From contig NC_083227.1 of the NCBI RefSeq assembly GCF_032191835.1, positions 33,108,001-33,172,000 on the forward strand: a stretch of 64,000 nt of DNA, in the 5' to 3' direction. Shown piece after piece: positions 11,501-24,073 of the stretch; the stretch's first letter is position 1, and every line of letters begins with the position of its first letter. Source of the DNA: Heteronotia binoei. Taxonomy: Eukaryota. A program made the position numbers and the translations under genes. Under the pieces are notes generated by a model. It had not been told where the DNA came from. It was given only the letters and a program-made list of their open reading frames with translations, and made no database searches.

Positions 11501-14500
11501 CTCCCAACTCCAAATCATTTATGAACAAGTTAAAGAGCATGGGACCCAGTACTGAGCCCTGTGGCACCCCACTGCTTACCGTCCTCCACTGCGAAGACTG
11601 CCCATTTATACTCACTCTCTGCTTCCTATTAATTAGCCAGTTTTTGATCCACAAGAGGATCTGTCCTTTTACTCCATGACTCTCGAGCTTTCTAAGGAGC
11701 CTTTGATGGGGAACTTTATCAAAAGCTTTCTAGAAGTCAAGGTAAACAACATCTATTGGGTCCCCTTTGTCCACATGTTTGTTTATCCCCTCAAAGAACT
11801 ATAACAGGTTAGTGAGGCAAGATCTTCCCTTATAGAACCCATGCTGGGTCTTCCTCAATAACCCATGTTCATAAATGTGCCTACTCATTCTGTCCTTGAT
11901 AATGCTTTCTACCAACTTTCCCGGTATTGAAGTCAGATTGACTGGTCTGTAATTTCCTGGATCTCCTCTGGAACCCTTTTTAAAGATGGGTGTGACATTT
12001 GCTACCTTCCAGTCCTCAGGAACGGAGGCAGATTTCAATGAAAGATTACATATTTTTGTCAGAAGAGCCACAAGTTCAACTTTGAGTTCTTTCAGAACTC
12101 TTGGATGTATGCCATCCGGAGCTGATGACTTATTAGTTTTTAATTCGTCTATCAGTTGTAGGACCTCCTCTCTTGTCACCACAATCTGACTCAGGTCTTT
12201 CAACACCCCTTCCAAAATTAGTGGTTCTGGAGCGGGCAAACACTTCTCATCTTCCACAGTGAAGATGGAGGCAAAAAATGCATTCAGCTTCTCAGCCATT
12301 CCCCTTTCCTCCTTCAGTAATCCTTTTACCTCTTGTCCCCCACTGCCTCCCTGGGTGGTTTCCTGCTTCTAATATATTTGAAGAAATTTTTATTGTTGGT
12401 GTTTATGTTTTTTGCAATATGTTCCTCATAGCCCCTTTTTGCCTGCCTGATCACAGTCTTGCATTTGATTTGCCACAGCCTGTGTTCCCTTTGGACAGCC
12501 CATCTCCAAACATTTATTTCATCATACTTCTCTCTGTCATTCTCATTACTTGTGTTCTTAGGCTACAAAATGATTTAATAGGAATAACATTGATGTTATT
12601 AAGAGTTTTTATAGGGCATGAAGTACATTTCTACGCACTTCATTAACCATTTGGGCCACACAATGACATGATTTGATAGGAGTACTATTTGCGAAGTTGT
12701 TAAGAGTTTTTATGGCTTTCTGTTGTGTTCCGAGTCCGTTTCAAGGTGTTGGTGTTGACCTTTAAAGCCCTGTATGGTCAGGGACCTGTCTATCTGCGGG
12801 ACTGCCTTTCTCCGCATATTCCCCAGAGAGCACTGCGTTCAGGGACGAAATATCTATTGTCTATCCCTGGACCAAAAGAAGCCAGGTTGCGTACGACACG
12901 AGCCAGGGACTTCTCGGTGGCAGCGCCAGAACTCTGGAATGCTCTCCCAGAGGCCATAAGGGCCCTGCGTGATTTGTCTACATTCCGCAGGGCCTGTAAG
13001 ACCGAATTGTTCCGACAGTCCTTCGACATTTAACCGAGAGAGACATCATATAAGGCACCATGTAGAGTACCGATGGTCACCATCGAGTTTTTAGAACCGC
13101 TCTACTGTACTGTATTAATACAGCACCACAAAATGTTTTAAATAATTTAAATTTAAATATGTAATTTAGTTTTATATGTTTTATTGGTTTTAATGGAAGT
13201 GATGTGATGTTGTGAGCTGCCCTGAGTCTGTTTGCGGAGAGGGCGGGATATAAGCTTAACGTAATAAATAATAATAAATAAATAAATTATAAGGCATGAA
13301 GTGAAATACATTTTCCTCACCTCTTTAAACCATTTGGGCCACACAATGGCATCTTGATCTACGGTGAACTTTATCTCTGGAGCAGCATGTCTCTCCACAC
13401 TCCCAACTTTCACTCTTATAAGAGACTGATTGGGCATTGCCACCCAGTTCACAATATCGAAATCCACTGCCATGTCCCCATTCTCATCAAAATAAATTCC
13501 TTCTGTGGAATTCTTGTAAGACTGAATGTTGCTCAGGAATGGATGAAGCTATCACAACACAAAAACCCAGGAGTATTTAGAAATATATTTGGACTTCTAG
13601 TCTCCTATGGTTCATGGCCTTTGCCAATGGACTCCATACTCAGAAATGTCTTTTTAACATTGTCAATGGATCTGAGGCCCTTTGCTGAGTCTTCTTTCTC
13701 AGCTTCAGGGTTTTGAGAAAGACTAACAGTGCAATCCTCAGCATAGTTACAGTCTTCCAATTCCACTAAAGTAAATCTGTGTAAAGTTAGATTAATCAGA
13801 CACATAACTTTGGCCTTGCGTTCCAAAGAGCAGAGGGGTTTTTTGAGCAGGAACGCAGTTCCGACTGGCTTGCTGTCAAGGGTTGTGGCCTAGTATGTAA
13901 ACAAGTTCCTGATCGGCTTTTTCTAGAAAAGCCATGTGTGAAACAGTGGTGATATCAGGGGGTGTGGCTTAATATGCAAATGAGTTCCTGCTGGGCTTTT
14001 TCTACCAAAAAAGCCCTGCCAAAGAGAGCTGTGTAAGCAAGGATCACTGTTACCAGACATAGCATATCAAACAGAAGATCTGAAGCACAGTTAAAAGGCA
14101 GGGAATTGTTGCATTAGAGTTTTATGGCATGTGTGTGTTTGTGTGGCGGGAACAGAATTTTGATTTTCAGCCCCAGGCAGTTAGTTATGTTTAAGCAACT
14201 GTACACAGAGCTTGCTGGATGTACTGGCCTTTTTTCGTCACGTAGACCTAGACTATCTGGTACTCTAGAAAAGGTTAACTTCTGGCGTCCCCCCCATACA
14301 TCACTGAATCACATTGGGTGCCCAATTGGGCTCCCCAGGGGGCTGGAGCCTTAGGCAGTCACCTAATTTGCCTAGTGGCAGGGCTGGCCCTGCCGTCACA
14401 TCTGTCTAGTGTAAGTAAATGTGCATAGAGGATCATAGAAGTGATGTCATTCAGGTAGCAACAAGGAATTTATATCATGGGACTGAGCCCCCATCCATTT

Positions 14501-15161
14501 AAGGATGGTCTTTGTAACTTAGGAATCTAAAGATTCTGCACTGGATCCTATGATGTCTTTTCTATGATCCAAGACCAACTGATTTAGGGCTTGTAAGCAA
14601 CGTAGTTGGTGCCCCTCAGTTCCTTTTTTGATGATATCCGCTTTCTAAATCTTTGACTTTTATAAACCACACACATACACAGGCAGACTCCTTCCTTGTG
14701 TTCATACTACAATTGTTTGCACGTGGATTTGGATTTTTCCATTAAACATTGTAAAATCTAATAGCAAATTGCATTAAAATGGATTCTTATGTGTGTGTGA
14801 ATGCACCTCTTGTTTCAGCTGTCTTAAACAAAGTAGAATGGTGAAATAGGGATGTTTTAACACACCTATTGTAAAAAAATTAATAAAATTAGTCTTTTTG
14901 TCTGCATTTTCATAATGAGGAAATCCTTTGATGCTTCCATCAGGAGCCTTTACTCCTAAACATTCCCTCAACACTTCAAATTCTGGCGCACTTCACCTTA
15001 GGAGGGTTGGTCTCTGGGCACACCTGAGGCTAACCTCCATCAGGAGCCTCACAAACTGGATTTGCCTTGGAAATACACAGAATGTCAGTCTGTATTTGGA
15101 ACTAAACAACTTACAGTGGTTTTCAGTAATACTGTCTATGACTATGGCCAGGTTTGGTGGA

Positions 15162-15242
<81 letters not shown>

Positions 15243-18200
15243 CTTTTATTTATACCCCGCCCTCCCCAGCTAGGCAGGATCAGGGTGGCTAACAAGACAT
15301 GGTAAAACCATGATAAAATAAAACAATATATAATATAATTAATAATTTAAACAGTAAAACCAATAAAACAGTATAACATTATGGTACAATCAATTATGTA
15401 TAAGATGGCTCGGTGTTATTGATATTACCAGGAGTTCCTTCTTTAAAAGCTAGCTGGAAGGGGGCAGTTTTGCAGGCCCTACGGAACTGGTTAAGATTCC
15501 GTAGGGCACGCACCTCTTCCGGCAGTTGATTCCACCATTGGGGGGGGGGGCCTTTGTAGAGAACGCCTGTTCTCTGGTAGTTTTTAATTTGGTTTCTTTT
15601 GGCCTAGGGATTTCGAGAAGATTTTTTGAGCTTGATCGCAGTGCTCTCTGGGGAACATATGGAGAGAGGCGGTCCCTAAGGTAGGCAGGTCCTCGACCAT
15701 ATAGGGCTTAAAGGTAATGACCAGCACCTTGTAACGAACCCGGTAAAGGATTGGCAGCCAGTGCAACTCCCGCACTCTGGGGTGACATTGCTTTCATGAT
15801 GTTTTCACAGCAGACTTTTTAGGGGGTGGTTTGCCATTGCCTTCCCCAGGTTGGGTGAATGGGCCAAAAAAGTACGAAGTGGTGTATACTGAGGAAGGCA
15901 TGTAGGAACAGCAACAGGATCAAAAAGTTTTTGCTGCCAAAAATGGTGTGGGAGGGAAGGCTGAAGTGCCTTGTGATGCTGCAGTCTTTGGCACTTCTGA
16001 CAATTTTTAAGGTTAGCTGCATTCGGACATAATAAATAAAGAATAAAGGGGGATTCCATGCCAGGACTGAGAATACAACTGACAGAATAATAGATGCCTA
16101 GATACAAGGCTCTACTGCAGGCACACTAGGAATACCATGTACAGTTCTAATTTAGTTTAGAAAAAAGTTTCACAGTGGGGTCCATAAAATTATGCATGGT
16201 ATATAGAAAATTAATACAGCAAATGTTTTTCTCCCTCTCCCATAATAGTAGAACTTGGGGTCCACCAATGAAACTGGCTTTTACTGTATTATAAACCAAG
16301 TGAGAAATTTTTAAATATAAAGCTGGTCTAGGAATAAACTAAATTCCAATGGTAATAGTTTCAAGGCAGAAGAAAAGGAGCATTTTACACCAGAGACAGT
16401 TGACTTTGGACAAATACTGCCATGATGTGGTAGTGGCCACCCCTTAAAAGGTAATGGTAGTCCTCTGTGCAAGCACCAGTCATTTCTGACTCTGGGGTGA
16501 TGTTGCATCACGAAGTTTTCACGGCAGACTTTTTATGGGGTGGTTTGCCATTGCCTTCCTTACATGGATTTAAAATGGGTTGGACAGATTGCTGGAGGAG
16601 AAGACTGTTGTTGGGTATTAGGCATGAGCTAAAGTGGGCTTCCAGCTTCAGAGGCTGAATTCCTCTGATTATCACAGGCTGGGAAGCAATCAGCAGCTGA
16701 GGGCACTTGTTTGTGTGCCTTACTAGTGAGTTTTGGGGGGCATCAGATTGGCTGCTGCTGGAAACATGACATGAGAATGATAACAGTATTGGTCTGATGC
16801 AGTGTAGCTACTCAAATACTCCCGTTTTCTTAGAGAGAACACATACCTGCCATGGCTGCAGCTTCTGAAGTCCCAGCCAGCCTCCTCTCAACTTCTGATT
16901 AGATCTGGATAAGAAGGCAGCACTTAAGGCATGTGCCACCACCTGGATAGAGTTGTAAATGATGTAGCTATTCTGAGACAGCATCCTTTCAAGATCCTCA
17001 TGGGACGGGGTTACCCGCTCCTCTTTCTCTCTGCATCTTGTCCAGCCTTTCACAGGCAATCCATCATTTGAATAGGAGCAATGAAATGTTCCCTCTCCAA
17101 TTGTACTGGGAGTACGGAGAAAGAAGCCCAAATTGTCATAGTCAGTGTTGCTGTTTGCTTGGGTCAGAAAGGAAAAAGAGCCATGGATATGCTGGATATC
17201 AAACGCCTTCAAAAATAAACTCAAGTTGAAATCATTCAAGATTACTGCGATCCAGACTTTTCCCACAATGGATTTTTTTGTTTTTTCAATGAATTTAATC
17301 AAAAACCCAACTGCAAGCATGGAGTAGGAGTCTCCATGGAAAATAAACACATTACATTTTCTTTGCATGTAAATGTAATATGTGTGGGAAAGAAACGCGA
17401 TGACATCACCATCTGGTTCTGGGATGCTGTGTTGAAAGGCAATGCAAATCGCACTCCTGAGAAACACATGGGCCATAGTCCTCAGGAATCTTTCTCCTTG
17501 GGCATTATCTGAAGCAAGGAGACTGATCCACGTCCATCTGAAATGCAGGAGCATCTTCACAATCCCCATGAAAAATGAATCTTGCTTTGGGGCCATCTGG
17601 TACAAAAAGGGAAGCTGAGTCTCATCTTTGAACCCATGGTCCTCCAAACTATAGCTGATCTAGTTAAGAAAGGAAGAGACTGAAATTTGGCTTTGTATCA
17701 AAGAGAAAACTGATATACAGTGTAGCCAATTAGCAATTCCCCAATCAAGCAGGACATAATTTGGCTCTATTCAGGATTCTCTAAACGCATATAATAGCAG
17801 CTATAAAGTTAAGGGCTACTCTTACCTTGCCATATTTGATCTCTTTTCCAAAGTTTGATCTGATTTCCATAGCAGCAACAGGGGGAAGAAGAAAGACGCA
17901 TTTCTGCTGGGTCATTGGCAAAAGCCCCTTGTGGGCAGGGCTGGCTCGCCCACTAGGCAAACTACGCATTTGCCTAGGGCGCCAGCAAGGTGGGGGCACC
18001 AAATTTGGCCAACCCTCTCCTCTCTAGGCAAATGCCTAGTTTGCCTGCTCCCCAGCCTCCTCCTCCCTCCCTTCCCCACTAGGTCTATTTCAATGCCCGG
18101 GAACGGGTGGTTGACCACCGTACTCCTGGGCTATTTAAAGGCTCCCCCCTCGCCGATTAGCTGATTGGTGGGTAAAACCGTGCCAGAAGCTCCTAGCTCC

Positions 18201-21200
18201 TATGCTGGCCCTCTGGCGCACTCACTGTCAGTGCCCCCTCAACCCAGTGCTGATCAGCGAGGGGTGCCTTTAAATAGCCCGGGAGCACGGTGCTCGACCA
18301 CATGGGCATTGCAATAGACCTGGTGGGGAAGGGAGTGCTACGACGGGGGCGGCAGGCCAGTCCTGCTTGAGGGGGGAGGCCAATCATTGCAGTATTTCTG
18401 CTTTTGCAAATGGGAGTGATTTGATTTACAAATTGCATTTCCAGTTACTTGAAATTGGTTTCCAAAGACCATCTAATTGTCTGTTTTTGGACTGGAGAGA
18501 CAAGCTGCCAGGCTGGCTTTTTGCTTTGGCTTCTACTCTCTGCCTGAAAATCTCCTGGACTTTGGATCAGATCCTGTTCTGCCCTGTCCAACTGGAGCAG
18601 CAGACAAGGAGGGAAGGGCTTGGTTTCCAGCATTTTTTAAAAAGTTCTCTTCTTGCTGTTTCTTGTTCTTTAGGCCTTGTGGGTGGGTTGTGGGTTGTGT
18701 TGTAGAGGCTCATGGAATCGTGCCTAGTGTCTGCTTCTCTTTGGTTAGGTTCTCTTATTCTTGATGGGGTTTTTTTGGGGGGGGGCGGTTCCATTGAGTT
18801 TGGTTTTAATAGGCAGACGTCTGGTTTCTGGTTGTTGCACTTGGAGTTTGGAGTTCTGTGGCTTCTACCTTGTTTGGTGATTGCAAAGGGGGGGGGGAGG
18901 CCTGTGTCCTAGACTGGCCTTCCAGAGAGAAGATGCGGGAGACACAGAGGGCAGAAATGCCCCCCCCCTGAGTTTCTGGTTCAGAGATTCTCTGGTTTGA
19001 CCTTACTCCTTCTTTTGGGTTTTGGCATTGCTCCAGTGGCGCTGGTTTTGCTGGGCAGATTGCACTTGTTCTGCTTCTGGCCTTGCAAAGGTTCCCCCCT
19101 GCCCTCCACACACTTCACTTTATTGCAGGGCTTGTATTGCCTGGCTGTTTTCCCCCACTGGAAACAATGACGGGTGGAGGCCAGGATTCCTTTCCTGTTG
19201 CCTCCAAGAAGCCCCCTTTTAGGAGGCATCCTGGGAAAACCCCATCCCTTCAGAGAAATCTCCAGCCCATTCCTGGAGCTTGCCTCTGGGGCTAGTCTCA
19301 ACTACCTCCAAACTCTGTCCCTGCCTGGGGAAGGGTGAGCTGGGTCATCTCATTGTCTCTTCTCCCAAATCCATTACCATTTGCATGACAGCTAAATTGA
19401 CCTAGCTTCCATTACTTGGCTGTTTTTCTCTATTGGAAACAATGAAGGATAGGGTCACCTTCTTTCGGTGCTCATAGAATTGGACTCTCTGGTCCAATCT
19501 TTTTGAAACTTGGGGGTTCTTTTGAAGAGAGGTTACACTGCAAATCTGGTGCTTCTACCTAAAAAAAAAAACTGAAAAAAACCCCAAGACCACCAAATAT
19601 ACCCCAGAAAGGATTTGCCATTGACTTTGATGGCCTCATAGGCTATAATGGACCCAAAAAATTCAGGATTCTCTAATTTTACACAAATAGAAATACTATA
19701 CCGGAATTGGTATTTGGGACATTCAGTATTTAATGATATTATTTAAGGCCCAATAAACCCAAATCCAAAAAATACCAATTTTTTCTTTTTTGCACACCCC
19801 TAATGCGAAGCAAAAGAAATTATTTTTAATGGATAAAAGCAGGACTTTTTTTGAGCAGGAACGCACAGAAACGCAGTTCTGATTGTCTTGGCATCAGAGA
19901 CTGTGGCCTAATATGTAAATGAGTTTCTGCTGGGCTTTTCTTCAGAAAAGCCCTGTGCAAAACAGCGGTGATGTCAGGGGGTGTGGCCTAACATGCAAAT
20001 GAGTTTCTGCTCATTTGTCTTAATGTCATTTGTCTTAATGTATGGAAACAGAGGGTGTGGTTACATGTTGCCAGAAGAATGCACCTATAGCTAATGACTG
20101 GTTGGTGAAAGTGGAGAATTATCCACATTCTGCAGGGGAATGCTGACACAGAGCTCAAGAGGTGAACACCTCATTACGATCCAGTTGCTTGAGACCTGAG
20201 TCAGGTGAGTAAATACTGCATTCTATATATTCTGTACAGTTAAAATACGCACCTATGGGGGTGTGATTGACTACATACTCTTCTAAATCCATTGCATCTA
20301 AGGAAATTAGAAGGATACACACAGGCTTCGGATGGCATTGTTAGACACAGCCTCCCTGACCATATGCCACATACCTGAGGTATTTTATAGATGCTTAACA
20401 TGGTAGAAATCTGGTTGGAGGTTTTGGAGTTGACCCCTTCAAGAACGGCCAGGAGCATATTCCGTCCTCCACAGCTGTAGTTTGGAACATTCTTCTGTCC
20501 ACCAGACTGCAGGTCTATCACCGCATCATAAGTAAATCTTGCATTAAAATAGTTCTCATAGATGTTGTAACCCAGAGTCATGTTGGGTAAGAGATTGGAA
20601 TGTTCATTGATTCTCTCAGTGGCAAATACGAAGGGCAGAAGTTCCAAATACTTCATGTGACCTAGACTGCAACACAATATGTTTAGTTATATTTTTCCTG
20701 GTATTCGTAGAATAGCTGATTCTATGACAATAGCGTAGGAAGGGGTATATTGTCATTTGCTTTTTAAAACAAAAGAAAAGAGGGCTTAGATCATTCCCAA
20801 TGCTGAAGAGAAGGAGAGCACAGCCTTTGAAGCATGAATTCTTTATAACAAAATTCCTTTTAAAAGTTCCTGATCTAACTGGGGAAGGCGGGCCATTATT
20901 GCAAGCCACACTAACTTGTCTTGTGTAGAACCATATAGCTGAAATGGTGTCTTGTTACTGTGACCCCTAAAAGTGTGGGAGTGTTATGAGCTCAGTTACT
21001 CAGACCCTGTAATGTCTGGAAAAGGTAGATGCTGGAAAACGTAGACGCTCTCACATCAGTCACATTGAGACAAGATATTTTGGGAACTTGCTAAGTACTG
21101 TGGATTTGTTGCATTCTAAGCAGAGTCGACCACCGGCTACTGAAGGGTCGCCTCGCCGACGCAGGGATTCAGGGGTTGGCTTTACAGTGGCTTTCCTCTT

Positions 21201-22425
21201 TCCTTGAAGGTCGGGGACAAAGGGTCGCAGTTGGGGGGGAGCTGTCCCGGAGGTGCACACTTGACTGCGGTGTGCCTCAAGGGGCGGTGTGCCTCAAGGG
21301 GCGGTTCTCTCCCCGATGTTATTTAACATCTATATGCGACCTCTTGCCCAGATTGCCCGAAGGTACGGGCTAGGGTGTCATCAGTATGCTGATGACACCC
21401 AGCTCTATCTATTGATGAATGGCCAGCCGACCTGCGTCCCGGAAAATCTAGACCGGGCACTATATGCCGTGGCTGAATGGCTCAGACTGAGCGGGCTGAA
21501 GCTTAATCCTGCGAAGACAGAGGTCCTTTGCTTGGGTCGCCGTGGTCCGGAAGGGGGAATCCCCCTACCAGCCTTTGACGGTGCGCCGCTGATAGCGGCG
21601 GACAGGGTCAGGAGCTTGGGGGTGCTGTTGGAGCCTTCCCTAAAGATGGAGGCTCAGATAGCAGCCGCTGCCAAGTCCGCGTTTTTTCATCTTAGGCGGG
21701 CAAGGCAGTTGGCCCCCTTTTTGGAGCGCGACGACCTAGCAACAGTGATCCACGCCACGGTCACCTCGAGGTTAGACTACTGTAATGCCCTCTACATGGG
21801 GCTGCCCCTGTCCCGAACTCGGAAATTGCAGCTGGTGCAGAATGCCGCGGCCCGGCTGTTATTAGGTCTCCCAAAGCGGGAACACATTCAGCCGGGTCTT
21901 CGGACCCTGCACTGGCTTCCAGTAATATACCGAGTCCGGTACAAGGTGCTGGTTATCACCTTTAAAGCCCTATATGGCTTGGGACCTGTCTACCTGAAGG
22001 ACCGTCTTTCCCCGCACGTTCCCCAGAGAGTACTGAGGTCGGGAACACAAAATCTCCTTACTATCCCTGGGCCGAAGGAAGCCCGGTTGAAGTCCACCAG
22101 AGAAAGGGCTTTCTCTGTTATGGCCCCTACATGGTGGAATCAGCTGCCGGAAGAGGTGAGGGCCCTGCGGGACCTTGTTCAGTTCCGCAGGGCCTGTAAG
22201 ACGACCCTCTTCCGGCTAGCCTTTACTTAGCTTGAGAGTTTTACTGTAACTTGCTGGATTCCTTTTATATATAGCTGAAATATTTATGTGTATTAATAAC
22301 TAGGGTTTTATCTGTTTTATCTGTTTTATCTGTTTTAAATATGGATCCCTTTATATGTGTAATTTTGATGGATCTACTATTGGAAGCCGCCCTGAGCCAC
22401 TTGTGGGAAGGGCGGGATATAAATC

Positions 22426-22481
<56 letters not shown>

Positions 22482-24073
22482 ATATTTTACATGTTTCCTG
22501 TGAGAATCTTTGTGTTGCTGTGGCTTAAGCTGAGACCTGAACAGTATAAATTAAAGGCCGCCTGCTTTGCAAGCTAAGCATTTTTCCCTCAACACATGTG
22601 TTGTGTGGTTCATTCCAACAGTTTTGCACTTGCTATATTTAAAGTGTGTTGTGGGGTGGGACATATGTCTCGTATCTTAGTAAAATAATTTTTAAAACCT
22701 TTTAAAAGAGTTGCCACTTATGAGGCTTTCAGTGAAGAGGCTGGCCCTTCACGACATTCACTGAGTAAACTAGGGTGAGCTTTAGTCAGAGCACAGCCAG
22801 AGGATGTACAGCCTTGGCTGATGCTTTCCAGGAAGCCTCTGCCCAGAGGAAGCTAAAATCAAGAGACGCTGCCAGTCTGAGTAGACAATACTGACTTTGA
22901 TGGACCAAGGGTCTGATTCATATAACGCAGCTTCATATGTTCATATGTTCATCAAACACCCTCCAACAGACTACAGCTGACAATCTTTGAAACATCTTGA
23001 TTCACGTCAGCAATTACTACTGCAGCAGGCTGCAGGCTTTTCTGTGCCTACTCTAAACTGGATCTATTTTTGTTGTGGCCTCGCCTATACTGGCTTCTGT
23101 CCATCTGTTTGCTTGAGTCTGCCTCCAAATGCCTCAGGGATCACAATAGGGAAGGGCTTTGGTCTCAGTACCCTGTCTGCATGTCTTCCAAAGCACCGGA
23201 TTGGTCAGATCCATCACAGTTCTTATTTCTCCATTTTGTCTTCACAAGAGTGAAGGCTGAAAGCCAAGCTCAGCCTTTCTGGCAGATTGGGGACTGTAGC
23301 CTGGGTCTCAGAAGAAGCAAACGTGTTAATGAACTGGGCAGAAGAATCACCTTCCTTTAAAAATAAACAATCATTAAATGAATGATTAATGTTACAATAC
23401 AGTTTGCTCACACTTATGAATGACTAGGCAGTTGTTTGGAGAGAAAGAGGGAAAGCTGCACTGGTATATCCTATAGAGATGGCTTGAAAAGAATGACTTT
23501 AGCCTCAGGCAAAAGCTTCTTACAATATTATACATTATCCTACTTAACAGTTGAGAATGAGCTCTCCTTATGCAGCATTTGAAATCACAGGCTGAGCAGA
23601 TAGTTTGTCTTACTGTTAGTACAGTCTCAGATCTCCCCAAAGGACAAAGCAGAAACATAAAGACATAGGAGTTATTCTAGATGAGACCAAGCATTCATCA
23701 GTTCTAGTACTGTGTTTCTCACACTGGCCAATTTCCCCAGGATATACCCCGAAAACAGGGACCATCCATGGTAAAAAGTACAAATGCAAACCTGGGTTGA
23801 GTAGTATTAAACACATTAACAGATCATTACGTACGGATCAAATTCTATATAGGGAGGCTTTGAGAAAACATGTGGCTCAAAGTAAGCATTTGCTGTAGAA
23901 ATCATTCCACCGATGGCAAAGTCCCCCGGTCTGTAATAATTCAGTGGGCATCTTTGGTACATTACTGTATTGAGTGGGCACTTTGCCCTCAGAACCCTGC
24001 AGGATAGATAGGGCACCAGCTGAAGGAGCAGCAACAGCAGCAGTTTCAGGCTGAGTATGCCTGTTAAAGCCAT
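7669..24073 (-). CDS. Vmn2r: Vomeronasal type-2 receptor (V2R, class C GPCR) gene copy 1; 6 coding exons, 869 aa, apparently intact
   Basis: Exons 24073-23835 (239), 20666-20375 (292), 17659-16847 (813), 13548-13321 (228), 9201-9075 (127), 8579-7669 (911) sum to 2610 nt. Phases 2/0/0/0/1 are compatible and all junctions are GT-AG. Signal peptide, Venus-flytrap, cysteine-rich (NCD3G) and 7TM motifs are present. Symbol is family-level only. Confidence 0.93.
9075..9201 (-). CDS. Vmn2r: V2R copy 1 exon 5 (cysteine-rich domain)
   Basis: TTAG|[43 protein letters not shown]|GTAGGT; 127 bp; missed by the ORF track. Confidence 0.93.
10479..12495 (-). mobile_element. CR1 LINE, 5'-truncated, ORF2 with stops and frameshifts; contains an N gap
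   Basis: [43 protein letters not shown] motifs; (TTCTTATG)-type 3' end. Confidence 0.95.
10542..10718. other. Assembly gap (177 N)
   Basis: Run of n inside the CR1 3' region. Confidence 1.
12725..13287 (+). mobile_element. L2 3' fragment (paralog 40351-40925)
   Basis: [16 protein letters not shown]...RRACKT; GAGCTGCCCTGAG...GGGCGGGATAT end. Confidence 0.9.
13321..13548 (-). CDS. Vmn2r: V2R copy 1 exon 4
   Basis: TAG|LHPFLSNIQ...[18 protein letters not shown]...IVWPKWFKE|GTGAGG; 228 bp. Confidence 0.93.
13834..14017. mobile_element. MITE with ~80-bp GTGGCCTAATATGCAAATGAG subrepeats (also 9284-9481, 19840-20013, ~38005-38200, 41470-41667, 47415-47585)
   Basis: AGGGCTTTTTT / AAAAAGCCCT-type termini and tandem internal units. 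Confidence 0.75.
15163..15241. repeat. (AAT)~26 microsatellite
   Basis: Direct sequence; only ~4 units at the paralogous site (42814-42826). Confidence 0.97.
15163..15775 (-). mobile_element. L2 3' fragment with expanded (AAT)n tail (paralog 42814-43356)
   Basis: [21 protein letters not shown]; ATACCCCGCCCTCCCC...CAGGGTGGCT terminal motif. Confidence 0.88.
16847..17659 (-). CDS. Vmn2r: V2R copy 1 exon 3 (VFT ligand-binding domain)
   Basis: CTTAACTAG|ATC AGC TAT (ISY motif); FPFLYQM-like, [14 protein letters not shown]|GTATGT; open 271 codons. Confidence 0.93.
18067..18335. repeat. ~90-bp inverted repeat with ~87-bp spacer (paralog 45644-45911)
   Basis: Arm 18067-18161 is the reverse complement of 18249-18335 with scattered mismatches; preceded by a Harbinger-like end AGGGCTGGCTCGCCCACTAGGCAAACT at 17937. 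Confidence 0.85.
20375..20666 (-). CDS. Vmn2r: V2R copy 1 exon 2
   Basis: TTGCAG|T acceptor; [27 protein letters not shown]...MLSIYKIPQ; donor CAG|GTATGT; 292 bp. Confidence 0.92.
20924..22620 (+). mobile_element. Solo LTR of the same ERV in V2R copy 1 intron 1, split by an L2 insertion
   Basis: LTR parts at 20924-21124 and ~22481-22620; flanks GTCTTG / GTTTTG at the paralogous site. Confidence 0.9.
21125..22482 (+). mobile_element. L2 LINE, 5'-truncated, young (RT C-terminal ORF 21289-22230)
   Basis: [27 protein letters not shown] motifs; 3' end GAAGCCGCCCTGAG...GGGCGGGATAT(TAAA)n; internal 17-bp tandem duplication at 21267-21300. Confidence 0.95.
22865..22948 (+). mobile_element. Squam3-like SINE 3' fragment (paralog ~57205-57282)
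   Basis: GCTGCCAGTCTGAGTAGACAATACTGACTTTGATGGACCAAGGG...CTTCATATG. Confidence 0.72.
23835..24073 (-). CDS. Vmn2r: V2R copy 1 exon 1 (signal peptide and start of VFT)
   Basis: ATG at 24073 gives [18 protein letters not shown]...[11 protein letters not shown]..., donor CC|GTACGT (phase 2). Confidence 0.88.

Noticed and set aside
14928-15305. Poly-Asn and poly-Leu ORFs
   Set aside because: Translations of the (AAT)n microsatellite.
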